Assembly (NCBI RefSeq): GCF_000485595.1
Contig: NW_014577090.1
Location: forward strand, 616,432-680,431
Length of the DNA stretch: 64,000 nucleotides
Direction of reading: 5' to 3'
Origin: Priapulus caudatus
Taxonomy: Eukaryota
Part shown: one piece after another, positions 1-13,652 of the stretch
Layout of the letters: each line of letters opens with the position of its first letter
Numbering within the stretch: the stretch's first letter is position 1
Notes under the pieces: model-generated
Database searches by the model: none
What the model was told of the DNA's origin: nothing
The model's input: the letters and a program-made list of their open reading frames with translations, nothing else
Position numbers and translations under genes: made by a program

Positions 1-490
1 GGTAGGTAGGTAGGTAGGTAGGTAGGTAGGTAGGTAGGTAGGTAGGTAGGTAGGTAGGGAGGTAGGTAGGGAGGAAGAAAGGTAGGTAGATGGATGGATG
101 GATAGATGGATGGATGGATGGATGGATAGATGGATGGATGGATGGATGGATGGATAAATGGATGGATGGATGGATGAATGGATGGATGGATGGATGGATG
201 GATGGATAGATGGATGGATGGATGGATGGATAGATGGATGGATAAATGGATGGATGGATAGATGAATGGATGGATGGATGGATAGATGGATGGATAGATG
301 GATGGATGGATGGATGGATAGATGGATGGATGGATGGATGGATGGATAGATGGATGGATGGATGGATGGATAGATGGATGGATGGATGGATGGATGGATA
401 GATGGATGGATGGATGGATGGATAGATAGATGGGTGGGTGGGTGGCTGGATTGATGGATGGATGCATGGATGGATGGATGCATGGATAGA
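1..490. repeat. (GGTA)n then (GGAT)n tetranucleotide microsatellite
   Basis: Directly visible tandem repeats. Confidence 0.97.
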
Positions 491-1021
491 TAAAGAGACG
501 GAGGAACGGACGGCTGGATCAATCGATCGATATATCACTGCAATGGAAATGACCAGCTTTCCTATAATGGGACAAAGCTGATTGCTTTGCCATTACTGTC
601 GTTTCTAAGTGCTTCCGGTGCTTCTACATCTGGGAGTGAGCGCAGAATTAATCACAGTGTCCTGGACACTGTCCATCATTTAATACAGAGCGCAATTTTC
701 GCCGTTTCTTCCTCCTCTGCGTACCCAGCGTTGTTAGCGAAGCTATTCTTTAGGTTTGACGTGGCACACACATTAAGTGTTCGTGATTCAGCAGCAGGGC
801 TAGGCCTGCTTTCACACTAATCACCCCGGCGCTGGCGTAGAGGAAATGAACGCTGAGCCATGCCGATGCACATCGCCACACATTACGTTACCGAAATCTG
901 TTTACGTCGACTAGAGTTACGAGTGCCGGACGTCGCAGACATTGCTGTCCCCCGCCGCGACGTGTGCAACGCAGAGCGCACAAATCTGCAATCACCGCAC
1001 TGGCCCTGCACCCGTTACTAA

Positions 1022-1328
1022 AGCTGTGGACACACTACGCGATTTTTCATGCGATCGAGCCGGCCGGCTCAATCGGGCGACTCTGTGGATTTTCAGCACG
1101 CTGATTGGCTGATGAATTGTAAAATCGGCCGGCTCTGTCGCAGACCCGGGCATACTAGACGATTGCAGCCGGCCGGGTCAAATAATTATCAAACATATTT
1201 GAATCGGGCGACTCGGCCGGCCGACTCGAAAATCGACCGCGACTCACTGGACAGACTACGCGACTTTTCATGCGAACGAGCCAGCCGGCTCGGTCGGCCG
1301 ACTCGATCGCATGAAAAATCGCCTAGTG
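1022..1328. mobile_element. Harbinger-like fold-back MITE, with a second truncated left end at ~1358-1392
   Basis: CACTACGCGATTTTTCATGCGATCGAG (~1033-1059) is inverted as CTCGATCGCATGAAAAATCGCCTAGTG (~1302-1328). Both left ends follow TAA and read GTGGACACACTA. Confidence 0.55.
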
Positions 1329-1507
1329 AAGCAAAATCGCTTAGCAAAATCGCTTAAGGGGTGGACACACTAGGCGATTTTTCCTGCGATCGTGTAAAAT
1401 TTCCGTGTTTAATATACCGCACTGCTATGCTCTCCAATGTTGCAAAATATTACAAAAGGCACATGCGCGAGTGCGAAGGGTCACGCTACATTACATAACT
1501 TACGTTC

Positions 1508-1566
<59 letters not shown>

Positions 1567-1667
1567 TCTCTGTCTTTCGCTCATCCGCATGGGCACATTN
1601 NNNNNNNNNNNNNNNNNNNNNNNNACGCGCGTGCGAGGTGTCACTCTCTATTACATATATCGCTCTC

Positions 1668-1735
<68 letters not shown>

Positions 1736-2148
1736 CGCTCATCCGCATGGGCACATTGGGTTTATGGTTATAAGGGTACATTTAATAATGTAGGATGTAC
1801 GGTAATCGACTCATCATAATATGATTTATTGTGGTGCAATACAATGATGTAGGATTGTTGTTGTTCACCCACCGCAGCGACACACTCTGCGCATGCGCAA
1901 AGTTCGTAATTTAGTTTGTGCGTGTAGGCTAGCCTATATTACGCAGTTGTTTCACTCGCTCACTGGTGATATTTGTGATTCATATGCTAGCCTCTAGCAT
2001 GATGCTAGTTGCTGAAATTCTTTGTGTGTAATCTACGTCGTTGGTTTCATAATCCCCGCTACCGCATCTTTGCTTCTTTGCGTAGAGCGCTTACATCGAT
2101 TTCATCTAATACCTAACATTCTCTTTTCTCTCTCTCTCTCGCTCTCTC

Positions 2149-2214
<66 letters not shown>

Positions 2215-3482
2215 ACCGCTCTTGCGTCTTCTCCATCTGCGTCAACACCATCAACGACACCCATACCTGCATCATCCCAACCTGGGTCATCGAAACCAAT
2301 CTATGGCATCAGCACCTGCGTTCTCCACCACCTGCGCAACCCCCCTCCCACGTATTCTTTTCCTACGTTATCCTATCTCAACCTGTGTCATCGTCCCCTG
2401 CGTCATTCCCGTATGCGTCCTGCCGCCGAAGACGCTCATGCTGCTATTTCTGACGGTGGCTTCCTATGAGAGTTGCGTCCTGCATATGTTGAACTTATGT
2501 GTTCACGAAACTTGCAGCTCGGCGTCTGTAAGTGGACACGCGTTTTGAATCATTGATTCAACACGGATGTGTCTCGCCATAAATTAGATTTCGTTAATTG
2601 GAATACGTGGCAATCATAGCAAATTTGAAAATCGGATTCAATTCTGTGCGCGAAATTTCTGATAGTCGTCGAGTAAGCCGAGCATCTCCGGTTACAATAG
2701 AGACGGATCCTTATCGAAGTTTGCTATAGAAAATTAGTGCATAAATAATCAAATAAATTAGTCGCAAGAGGATCACTTGTGGAACGAATGTGACAGCCGT
2801 GCTTCACAATAACTGTGAGGCCACGACCATTATGACGCATCTGTAGATATTATCGAATTAAATGTTCCTCTAGCTTAAGCTCAACGGTCAGCTTCACACC
2901 ACTCACATGTTCGATTCTTATGCTCTTGAATCCTCAGCTCTGGTATTAATAGCTGTAGTAGGGGATTGTCACCGGTAGCATTCTCATCTTCAGGATTCTC
3001 ACGCGTGGATATTATCAGAAGTAAATAATAATTCTCTATTATCTACTTCTGATATTATCAATTGCCTGGATTATCACCTTGTTTGATTGTAATCTGTAGG
3101 TATTATCACCTGCGACGATAATGGTAAGGAGCAGCTGATGGTCTCACGTGTGATCATGAGAAGCGCTGCGGTGATCAGGTGGCGGCAATAATAACTGTAT
3201 AAGCTCTCTACTCATTGTCTGCTAAATATTATTTACAGCGCACAGCCATTATTCAGACGCACAGCCTGTATACACACATGCAAACACCGGCGCTCGTCAA
3301 TATTAATGCATTTATTCATGTAATGACATAGCATTAACAACGGTATACATATATGGAGGAGATTAGAAGATCAAGCGCTCATTTATACTGTGTCTTTCCC
3401 CGCACATTAGCTACACATGAAATATGGATTTCCTATTTTTTGATGCAGCTATCATATTTTTCTTTGCTGATTTGGTTCGCCG

Positions 3483-3541
<59 letters not shown>

Positions 3542-3587
3542 CTCTCCATCCCTCCCCCTCTGGATTAGGAAACAAAGAAACACTCAC

Positions 3588-3691
3588 CGACGTTATAGTG
3601 GCTCCATTGTCGTTGACCGAACAAGCCAAGAAGATTGGATCTCCCACGTTGAATGCGACGTCCTCTGGTTGTTCTGTTATGGTGGGTGGAG
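3588..3691 (-). CDS. Internal exon encoding the N-terminal half of an Ig (I-set-like) domain of a cell-adhesion-type protein
   Basis: ttcttacag acceptor and gtgagt donor flank (A)PPTITEQPEDVAFNVGDPIFLACSVNDNGATITS, which has the P-x-I-x-x-x-P...V-x-x-G-x-x-x-x-L-x-C pattern of I-set domains. Phase 1 start, phase 0 end. No partner exons identified. Confidence 0.65.
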
Positions 3692-3800
3692 CTGTAAGAA
3701 GAGCAACATGAAGTTGACGATGGGTGAGGATGATGTTGATGTTATCCAAGGACATGACGAGCACTTTAATATTTGTAATTACTAGTTTTTTTGCGCGTGT

Positions 3801-3880
<80 letters not shown>

Positions 3881-3937
3881 NNNNNNNNNNACGCGCACAC
3901 ACGCACGCACACCCACACACACACACACCCACACACA

Positions 3938-3988
<51 letters not shown>

Positions 3989-4364
3989 ACACAAAAGCAC
4001 ATGCACGCACACACACACACGCGCGCGCGCACACGCACCTATCTATTTATCTATCTATCTATCTATCTATCTATCTGTCTGGTATCTAATGGTTATATCT
4101 GTGCTGAAAGAATATTATTATGAGCAACGTACAGAGTAATGTTGTCGCAGATGAAATAATGCGAGGAGCTATATGTGGGTGTACCGTATGTGGATGCAGC
4201 GTGCATGTGTTCTGCGATGCTGCCGTGTGTCTGTTCTTTCGCTAATAGCTGCTGCGCGTGAAATTCGAACTCAGCCTCTCAAACCCGATGCCTGATATTA
4301 AACCACCACTATATTAATATTTGCCGAAATATCGCATTGCTTGCTGCTCCTGTGTATGGATATT

Positions 4365-4400
<36 letters not shown>

Positions 4401-4401
4401 G

Positions 4402-4450
<49 letters not shown>

Positions 4451-4566
4451 CAAATAAGTGACTCCGGTAACTGTATATATAAACCTAACGTTGCTCTGAT
4501 AAAATATACGACGACGGTATGTAACCATGTCGACCCAACAATCTCTGTGTTCTCTTCATCTTTAAG

Positions 4567-4937
4567 CTACGACTTTCGAATTCTGCCCAGCGAAGAGCTA
4601 GGAATCGAAGCGCTGTCCAATAACACCCTCGATCTCTTGATCACGCCGCTGTTTGTGACGCCGATGCGAAGAAAGGTGGTCAAATATCTCACCCCGCTGT
4701 TTTATTCGTCGATGGTGTTCGTCATTAAGAAAGTTTCCGTCATAAGGGACGAGCCCGTCAACGTGCTGCGACCGTTTGACACGCACATATGGATTCTACT
4801 GCTCGGCTTTTCCATGGCGATGCCGCTGCTGTTACGGTGGCTGCCGCGGTCGCGAAACCGCGCCACCGTCGATGACGTCAGAGAGACCAGAATCGTCTCC
4901 CATCTCTGCTACACATTCGGTGCGCTATTCCAACAAG
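4567..4937 (+). CDS. Ionotropic glutamate receptor/IR-like gene, exon with S1 lobe, M1 and pore loop
   Basis: tttaag acceptor, G|gtaag donor. Encodes DLLITPLFVTPMRRKVVKYLTP (cf. D..APLTITxER..VDF), LRPFDTHIWILL (pre-M1/M1) and YTFGALFQQG (M2 pore loop). Confidence 0.85.
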
Positions 4938-5144
4938 GTAAGACGACAGGTTGCCCTAAGAACTTCCTATGCTAGCCGCTAGATGGCAGCGGTTAAGTTA
5001 AATCGCAGACGCACACATCAGTGTCATATTTTGCGAGCGTAAGCTGCTCGTGCCAGTAGTTGTTGCCATAACTCTCTTCGTTGTTCACAGATAATACTAT
5101 AATTTTGACAATGTGATTTATATCGCCGCGATGTTTCGATGCAG

Positions 5145-5365
5145 GCACCACGTTCCTGCCATCGCGGACTCCGGTCCGTATTCTGTACGCCACCTGGTGG
5201 ATATTTTCGTGCATCGTTGCCGCCATGTACACGGGTACATTCGTCAGCTTGTTCTCTGTCGTTGGCCCGACGCATTATCCGTTCTACTCGATGGAAGAAC
5301 TGGCAGCGAGGACGGATATTATTCCAGTAATCATGAGGGGATGGGCCATCGAAGAAGAGTTGCGC
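5145..5365 (+). CDS. IR-like gene, exon with M3 and start of S2
   Basis: gcag acceptor, gtaagt donor, phase matches the previous exon. GTTFLPSRTPVRILYATWWIFSCIVAAMYTGTFVSLFSV...PFYSMEELA matches the PRSxSxRI..WWxF....SYTANL...PIxSxEDL pattern of iGluRs. Confidence 0.88.
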
Positions 5366-5637
5366 GTAAGTGCATGCCAAACTCCACAACAGATGACGCT
5401 CTCGCTCTGGCTCAATTCACCATACCTGAAACCATACATTTCCATACCTCTTTTGTATCCTGCGTTGTACGAAGGGGGCGCCGCATGCAGTTTTTAAACC
5501 TTAGCAGTAATATTTGTGAGACATCTCCAGATATTGAAAAGACGTATTTTACATACAGTTATAGATCACACAGTGAATCGCGTATAGATGTAGTTTCATG
5601 AGAAATATAAAAACCGATGTTACATTCGCACCTAAAG

Positions 5638-5822
5638 AGCAGCCCACCTGGATCAACGTATAACAAGCTATGGAAGAAAGTAGAGGCTGACGAAGAGGCG
5701 AGAACATATAACGCAACGAAGGCGCTTGAGTTGGTTCTGACCGGGAAATATACGATGTTCAATGCGTTCACAGAAAGCGAAGTGCTCATGGCTGCCGATT
5801 ACGATAACACCGGAGAGTGCAG
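5638..5822 (+). CDS. IR-like gene, S2 lobe exon
   Basis: aag acceptor, ag|gtgcgt donor. SSPPGSTYNKLWKKV...ALELVLTGKYTMF...DYDNTGEC is typical of IR S2. The remaining S2 and M4 exons were not found. Confidence 0.75.
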
Positions 5823-5884
5823 GTGCGTATGTGTGTGTGTGTGCGCGCGCGTGCGTGCGTGCGTGCGTGCGTGTGTGTGTGCGT

Positions 5885-6100
<216 letters not shown>

Positions 6101-7241
6101 GGAAGATGAGAGAGAGTACTACATGACATGTACGTGTATCTTATACAGAGTTCTGACGATGCTATGACTGGACAGCAACGGCACTGCTAAACACGCTATA
6201 CTACACGTGTAGCACACGTGGTTTATTTTACGTGCATGCGGGGATGGTTTACTTACCGAAGTAGATCTAGAGCTATTCAAGAAGTTCCTCCGTGTTTGTG
6301 CGCGGTCGTAGTAGACAGGATGCCGCTCCCGCTGCTGCTGCTGCTGCTGCCGTTGCCGCCGTTCCCGCTGCTGCTGCTGCTGCTGCTACTGCCCTGGCTC
6401 CCGCGCGTATGAAGACTCGACCCCTGCGTACCGTCTGTCGCCCACCAACCAGCGCCGAATCAAGGAATGTTACTTGATAGTCTATAAAGTGGCATTAACC
6501 GTCACACAAGAGGCTGCTATTGTGCTCGACGCATCCGTAAAGCGAGAGTGTCCGTGGTGTGTTTGACTATATAGCGAATGCGGCCAAGCACGGCAAACTG
6601 CGCGCGGTATAGGAGAATATAACGAGCGTCGGTAGAGGCTATGGGCGTCACAGCTTCGCACCGTCAGCGCGCGCGTGTACGGAGTCAATGTGATCACTGC
6701 GCGTCTGCCGCGCCTGCTGCTCCGCTCAGCCCCGCGATGCGACGCGCGCGCCCTCTAACAAGGCGCTCGCACATTCGCGACGCGTGCGCTGCTGCCCGTC
6801 GCTAGGACCTGTGGGATAGCGCCGACGCATCGTTAGGGTGTGGGGAGCGCCGCCGTGTAGATAGGGTAATTATTGCTATATCGACGTTATCAGCAGACGC
6901 GCCTGCAGGCCCGCTATAGGTATTAACATGGCAACACGGTGGGTTTAAACGAGCCGAGATGAACAATGAGACTGCCGTCACGTCTACTGTTCCTATATTT
7001 ATTAGATTACAGCGATAGACGCGGGGCTCGTCAATCCAGACGCCTTCTCGGTAAATAACGAGTCGTGTGCCTGGGCGGTGGCAGGGAGGAGACGTAATTT
7101 AGAACGTATACATTTGTATGACACAGAAGCGTAATTGGGTGGATGAATTGATGGTATAGCGCGGCGCTGCGGCACGGGATGTGCAGGGGCCATATGTGCA
7201 GAGAGACGGTGAGAGAAGACAAGAGATGGAGCGAAAGAGAG

Positions 7242-7284
<43 letters not shown>

Positions 7285-8094
7285 GGTATGAGAGAAAGAG
7301 AGAGAGAGAGAGAGAAAAAAAAGAGAGAGAGAGTGTGTAACGCGTTACGCTGCCAAACGCCAAACGCCAAACGGCAGCCATGTTGTCATGTCCTCCAAGC
7401 TCGACAGCCTCCAGAGCCCGCACAAAGCAAGGTCGAGGAGCAGAAGAAGCGGAAGACTAACACGGCGACGATACCTAGGGTAAGCTACATCCTAATCACT
7501 GTATACATAACCAAGAGACGGAAATAATTCATTTAACAGTAAAATAGCTCGAGCATTGCCGAGCAGCGCGAATTTTTCGTAGTTATAGCTAGCGTGGTAT
7601 TCGAATTTCATTGTACGGCGTGACGGTGACTCAAAGCGTCGAAAGGAGAGATGAGAGTATGATATAGTAAGCCTATGCGATGAGAAAGGCGAGACGCCTA
7701 GCCGCTTCTAAAGTATGATCTCGAACGTGGACAATAGGGTAATCTGAAATTAGCGTTCCTGCCAACAGAGACATACTACGGTACAAACTCACCATAGTGC
7801 GTAATGAAGATATTTAATTAAAGGTGACGAACGAGCTAAAACAGCTCCGCCCAGGAATAGGTACGTCCGATTTCGTCACGCGTCGCGTCATTTTTGAGTC
7901 ACGGCTGCTAGCCGATACCATTTGGTCGATACCACAACATAGCGAAACCACGAATTCAAATTTTTAATAAACAAACAATTGGCTATGGATCTGTGTTTAC
8001 GATATAGCTTAGCCGGTGATATCTGTATTTTATGTTTCGTCGTTTGTTTGTTTGTTTTCTTTTGATTAACAGATAATTAACGTATGAAACCATG

Positions 8095-8205
8095 AAATCG
8101 CCTGGTGTGTCCACGACTGCGCGATGCCATCGGGCGATGGCATTGCCCGATGCCATCGGCCGATGGCGTCGGGCGATGGCATCGCCTGGTGTGTCCGGCC
8201 CTTTA
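8095..8205. mobile_element. Harbinger-like MITE right-end fragment with CGATG(G/C)CAT sub-repeats
   Basis: Repeated ATCGCCTGGTGTGTCC, ending GTGTGTCCGGCCCT-TTA; the reverse complement resembles the GGACACAC termini at 1022 and 1358. Confidence 0.4.
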
Positions 8206-9553
8206 CCGTTGCAGACTGTCGACCCCCTCCTGTGATACGAAAATGAGACGTCATTTTCACTAGACAGCTGCAGCAATATCTCCCTCTGCTCGAGCACGGT
8301 ATACGCATGTTCAGCACATCATATCAGCATATGAGTGCAGTGGAGCTGACGTTTGTTTGTATAACTGTTCCTTGCTGTTAGGTATTATATTTAGGTAGCG
8401 GTATTTTTGGAACATAGTTATGAGATATAGTTTTTAATTGGAAATACGTTTTCATAAAGACACGAACTTTTCAAGAGGAGTCAAGGAAATTATTGTATTC
8501 AGCAAACGGTGGCGACAGGATGCGACGCTTGGCACGTCACACCTTGCGCCGGGGATGGGTGACGCGACGCGCCACACCTACGAGCCAAGGTCCGACCGAT
8601 AATGACGAAAAACCGGTCGAATTCAAATGTCGCCGGGCAGTTTTCGGAAACGTATAAATAGGCACGGACGAAATATCATAAAAAGTTATTACTCAGAGGA
8701 AGAGACGTGAGACAATGTAGTGGAGATAGACGAAGACGAGCCGCGAGACACGGGGCCTAGGCTTGGGTGCCTAGGTCGCCGTAGTGTATATATATTTGTA
8801 TTGTGTTTACTAATAAAGTCAGTTTTCAAGAGCATATTCTGCGACTACATCATCTTTACTCTTTGCTATAATCTGCTACCATTATATAACTCTACGCTGC
8901 TAACAACTCTACAATTCTACGATGCTACAATCTGCTACGATTGATCATCTCTACTCCTTGCTGCAATCACCTACGTATTACGTATCACGCTACGATACGT
9001 ATTACGTATCACGCTACGATGCTACGATGCCGGAGCGGAGATCAACAACATTTTCCCAGTACAATATCAGCGTAATGTAATTTCGAGAAAAACTCCGGGA
9101 GCTTCAAAGACCTTCGCGGATTTAAGAAAACACCTATTCCTACGCGTGCGCACATCTAGCATGAAGGGATTTTGCATGGAAGAAGCTTATATTGCTTCCT
9201 ATAATATANNNNNNNNNNAATTTAATTAAATTAAAGTGCCTAGTAGTCATATCATATCGCATCTAACTGCCGGTTGCCCCCTTCTTCGCGCCGTTTTCTC
9301 TATTGTTCCCACTTCCTGGAACCGTCCTCGCAGCTAGCGCCATCTCCCGTGAAATAAACTGCACATCGATGCACGATTGAAAAAGCGAATCTGCTACATT
9401 GATAAAGGCTGGAACTCGCTCCCCAATGATGCCGTCTATTTGAATTTTCTCCAAGGGGAAAAGCTTCCGTACACCCTGATATATACACACACGCGCGCCC
9501 GTGCAAGCACGCACTCACGCACGCACGCGTACGTGCACACACACACACGCATT

Positions 9554-9632
<79 letters not shown>

Positions 9633-10713
9633 ACACACAATAATCACAATTTAAATTGCGCTTCAAAAACTCAAGAAGCAATTTGAGATTCTCTGAGCAC
9701 AGCTGCTTTAAAAAAGAGACTTCAATTTATTGCTCGTAACTCTCTCCTAGCCGTCCGATTAATATGACCATACAGGGGGCGCTGTCGTCGGCGAGCGGCG
9801 GTCGGAAGGCAGTGATTGTATTACAGTATACACTTCTAACAGAACGTCTCACCGTTTTTCCTTTTCTTTATCTCGGCACTATAGCTGAACTTCGTCGTAA
9901 ATTGCATATTGAGTAGATATGAAAGATTTTGGGGCACCAGACACGTTCAGCTGGTCATGTCGCCTCCAGTACAGCCTCACGTCACGTGATTCATGCAGAA
10001 GTTATCCTAAACTGACGGTGTTTAATTGCGCATGCGCATCTGTTTTGTTTGTGAGTAATAAATTGGCTGATTGTTTTTAGTACTCGCGTCATAATAAACA
10101 GCTTTGCAATAATTTCGTATCGGAAAAAAATCGGAAAGCGAGAAAACTTTTACGTATAGCGTTCATACATCTCCGTGATTGACAACTGTCTCTAGGAACG
10201 ACTCATTCACTCTGTTTTCACGTTGCTTTGCATAACAACGGCGACGAATTCCCTATTTGTTTGGATTTTGTCCGACGCAAGTAAGAAGCGGATATCAACA
10301 CGCGATGACGTCATTCGTTTGTCATAAGACAACTTGGGCCAGACGCGTTTATGACGTTATGAGCAATTATATTCACATCCATCAGAATTCGGGGGCAAAT
10401 TTCCCTCCAGCTGCTTCCAGATAAATACGATTAAATTGCAATAACAGATCAAAATTAGCTTGCTGTGTGTTGTCATATGCACCCATCATGCCATTACTGG
10501 CTCCACACGCCCACGGCGCGTCTCTCTAACTATACAGTTATCCGACATCGAAATTAAAATGGATTTACACTTCATGCTGCGAAATCAAACATTTTAATCT
10601 CATCAAGAATTAATAACCGAAACTTTTCGAGTACGCTGAACGTGATTTTTCACAATACTCCAGCGCCTGTCGGCTGCCTGGCATCTCAACAAGCTGGCTG
10701 TGCGAAATACATT

Positions 10714-11140
10714 GTAGATGCTGATTACAAATTCATCTGGGCAGACTTGGGTGGTTTAGGTTCTTCATCAGACGCCCAAATCTACAATAACTGCGAGCTG
10801 AAGGAATATGTGGAAGGGGAGAACATCGGATTTCCACGACCAGATCCTCTACCCAATGACACCCAGGATGTACCCTACTACTTCATCGGAGACGATGCAT
10901 TCGCCCTCAGAGAGACCATGATGAAGCCCTACGGACTCCGTGGTCTGGATGATAACCACAGGATCTTCAATTATCGGCTTTCACGTGCCAGAAGGGTTGT
11001 GGAAAATGCCTTTGGCATCCTAGCCAACCGATTCCAGGTTATGCTTGGCACCATGCAGCATCTTCCAGAAACTTTCAAACTCGTAACCAAAACCTGCATT
11101 TGCCTGCACAATCTCATGAGGATACGCTACCCTGGTCTAC
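10714..11140 (+). pseudogene. PIF/Harbinger (HARBI1-like DDE) transposase, C-terminal fragment
   Basis: VDADYKFIWADLG..GSSSD, YFIGDDAFAL..MMKPY, IFNYRLSRARRVVENAFGILANRF and CICLHN are Harbinger DDE motifs. 5'-truncated and runs into terminal repeats. Confidence 0.9.
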
Positions 11141-11560
11141 GTCTACTACGTGACCGATATTCGCAACTAGCACGCAGGTCCAACGCAACTTGTAAGTTTT
11201 GAACGCAACTCACACGCAACTAGCACGCAGGTCCAACGCAACTTGTAAGTTTTGAACGCAACTCAAACGCAACTCGTAAGTTCTGCACGCAACTCGTAAG
11301 TTCTGGACGCAACTCGTAAGTTCTGCACACAACTCGTACGCAGGTGATCGCAGATAATTGGGGGAATCATAAGGTCAGTTCGCAACCCACACGCAACCCA
11401 CACGCAACCCACACGCAACCCACACGCAACCCACACGCAACTCACACGCAACCCATAGGTTGAATATAGGTTAGAAATCAACAAAATTGTTGATTTGGGT
11501 TGCGTTTGGTGCGTATAAAAATATTTTTTACACGAAACTCATAGGTTTCAGCATACGCTA
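10714..11560 (+). mobile_element. Harbinger deletion derivative: right part with subterminal (CACGCAAC[CT])n array
   Basis: Tandem CACACGCAACC / ACGCAACTCGTAAG array at 11160-11460, the same as the ends of the 18.2, 21.7 and 25.5 kb copies. The outer TIR is missing. Confidence 0.85.
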
Positions 11561-12496
11561 TGGTTAGGCGCACGTATGAAAACTGATAGACTAGGTTCTG
11601 GTTCTAGTCTGTGGAAAGTTACACGCCACATACGCCGCGTAGTGTTAACTATAAATAGCAACGGGGATACTCTGGGTACGAGATTGAAAGATTCCCAACC
11701 ACAAAAAGTGGTTGGGGTAAAATTTTCCAAAAAAGTACAGAGATGATTTAAGACATTTATTACGGTATTTTTAGAACGTTATGATGACTTTCACCGACTG
11801 GGAACCCAGTCTAGAAATTTGATGGAACTACCCCGCATTCGTACACGACGCACTGTAGGCATACGTGCACGCACTCACACGTGCGCGTGCATTCACTCAG
11901 CTATACGTCATCACGCCACGTGGTCTGTCATTGCGGCAAAAGTGTTCACTTTGTGCAAGAATCGAATTAAATGGTTAAATACGGTATATCTAGCAATCGC
12001 GAGAGAAATTAATAGCATTATTTGAATATGCATAATCTGCGAATCACCTTTACGGTTTATATAGTTAGATATAAAGGACATGTGTGGGCGCGTGAGTGTG
12101 CGCGCGAACGTGTGTACGTCCGTGCGCCTGCGTTCGTGTTTTCAATATACTGTCTTTACCTTCCGAGTCGGCTGCCAGGGATCGTGACCGTACAGGCACG
12201 TACGCGCGCGCACTCACCACACGCGGCAACATGCGCCGGCAAACTCGTACAAACGCATCATCAATAAACATGGCGAACGCTTCCGCTCACTCAATCACTG
12301 CCCTTAATTCCAACCACCAAAACCTCTTCTCGACGGAACCTCACCAAACCAATATCCCATTGGCACGTAAATGTCAGAGATGCGCATGTATATGTAAATT
12401 CAAATTGGCTTGGATATAGTTAGATTGTAGAGTGTTACTACGTAAGGTCAACTTGAAATGCTAGTGTAATTATAATATGCAATTGGGGTTTTATAT

Positions 12497-12529
<33 letters not shown>

Positions 12530-12953
12530 AACTCGCTCTTTCTCACGTCACCTTCTCTCGGAGTCTATACTCTCCTCTCATATATATCGATGGTTACCCA
12601 TCCTCCCTTTTTCAGCCATCATTCGTCAAACATTTTTTTCCCCAGCCATCATTTACCCACCTCACTACCTATAATAAACCACCCATAGGAAGTTTCACGT
12701 TTTTCTGGCAAGGGAAATTCAGCTAACTAGTTCTCAGCAAATTTTAACAACGCGTAAATCAAGCTAATTTGGATTTAAAAAAGTAAAGTCGTAGCCGCTA
12801 TAGAGTTTCAAATAGCCGCGTATATTCTATAACTCGATAGCGCTTACATAGCCATGCGCGCATAAATGATGCAACCACGTACACGTAGCGGTTAGACCGC
12901 TGCTCTCGTTCTCGTTCATTTGTGTAATCATAATATTAGCGGATAACGACCAT

Positions 12954-13652
12954 GGGCCCGTTGTCAGAAACATCGTAAAGTTAATGCTAATGTTAATGCT
13001 AAGATAACACTTACGACTAATGTTAATGTTACGTGAGTAGCGTTGACAGAAACACATCGCAGCTATTAGAAAACTTACGATAACAGGAACTTCATCACAA
13101 GGCTGCTGATTGGATGAGATTCGATCACAAAATTCAAATTCATACACATTTATTGTACATCACAGTAATTTATACATATTATGATGGCTAACCACATATA
13201 AATAATATTTGATGAAAAATGACGTGGTCATGAATTTATTCTGCACAGCAAGACAAATTTTCACACTGTAACGCGAGACGCGAGAGTTGTGGCAATCATG
13301 GTAAACATTAAAAACAAGAGAACAAATGCCATACGCCATTTGTAAATGTATTGTTTTGTTTTATTAGCGGTAGATAATTAATGATCTTGACGTGTTTTTC
13401 AAGAAAAACACACATTTTATTCATTATTATAAAATATAATATCACTAAAATTGTAATTCGTAGTGTAAATGTGTTATTTTCACGTTTATGTTTAAAGTTA
13501 CGAGAGGGTCTGGGCTCTCGTAATGTTTCTCAAATAATATTTGCGAAGATTTTTCGTTCTCGTAACATTACGATGTTTCTGTCAACGGTTAACGAGTGGA
13601 AGTTAATGTTAAGACTAATGTTAAGACAAATTTTGTTTCTGACAACGGGCCC
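12954..13652. mobile_element. Harbinger-type MITE (~700 bp)
   Basis: TIR GGGCCCGTTGTCAGAAAC / GTTTCTGACAACGGGCCC with 3-bp TSD CAT (12951-12953 and 13653-13655). Confidence 0.8.

Noticed and set aside
541..753. Open frame ending LLAKLFF-AG|gt, phase-compatible with the IR exon at 4567
   Set aside because: Weak donor, no clear acceptor and no convincing IR motif.
1460..1760. ~140-bp direct duplication either side of a 25-N gap
   Set aside because: Overlapping contig ends around a gap, with one copy noisy; an assembly artefact.
6256..6430. CAG/CTG-rich segment ending in a strong - strand donor (gtaagt)
   Set aside because: Each frame has a stop before the donor and there is no homology cue; it could be UTR but cannot be supported.
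7380..7479. ATG-containing segment ending in G|gtaag, a possible first exon on +
   Set aside because: Short basic peptide with no recognisable family and no downstream exon found.
9263..9475. Possible terminal exon on the - strand ([10 protein letters not shown]...GATGS*) or LINE-like WNSLP motif on +
   Set aside because: No recognisable domain or partner exons; neither reading is supported.
11160..11460. Regular short repeats resembling a CRISPR array (also at 25.6 and 26.5-26.9 kb)
   Set aside because: No unique spacers and no cas genes; these are Harbinger subterminal repeats in a eukaryotic genome.
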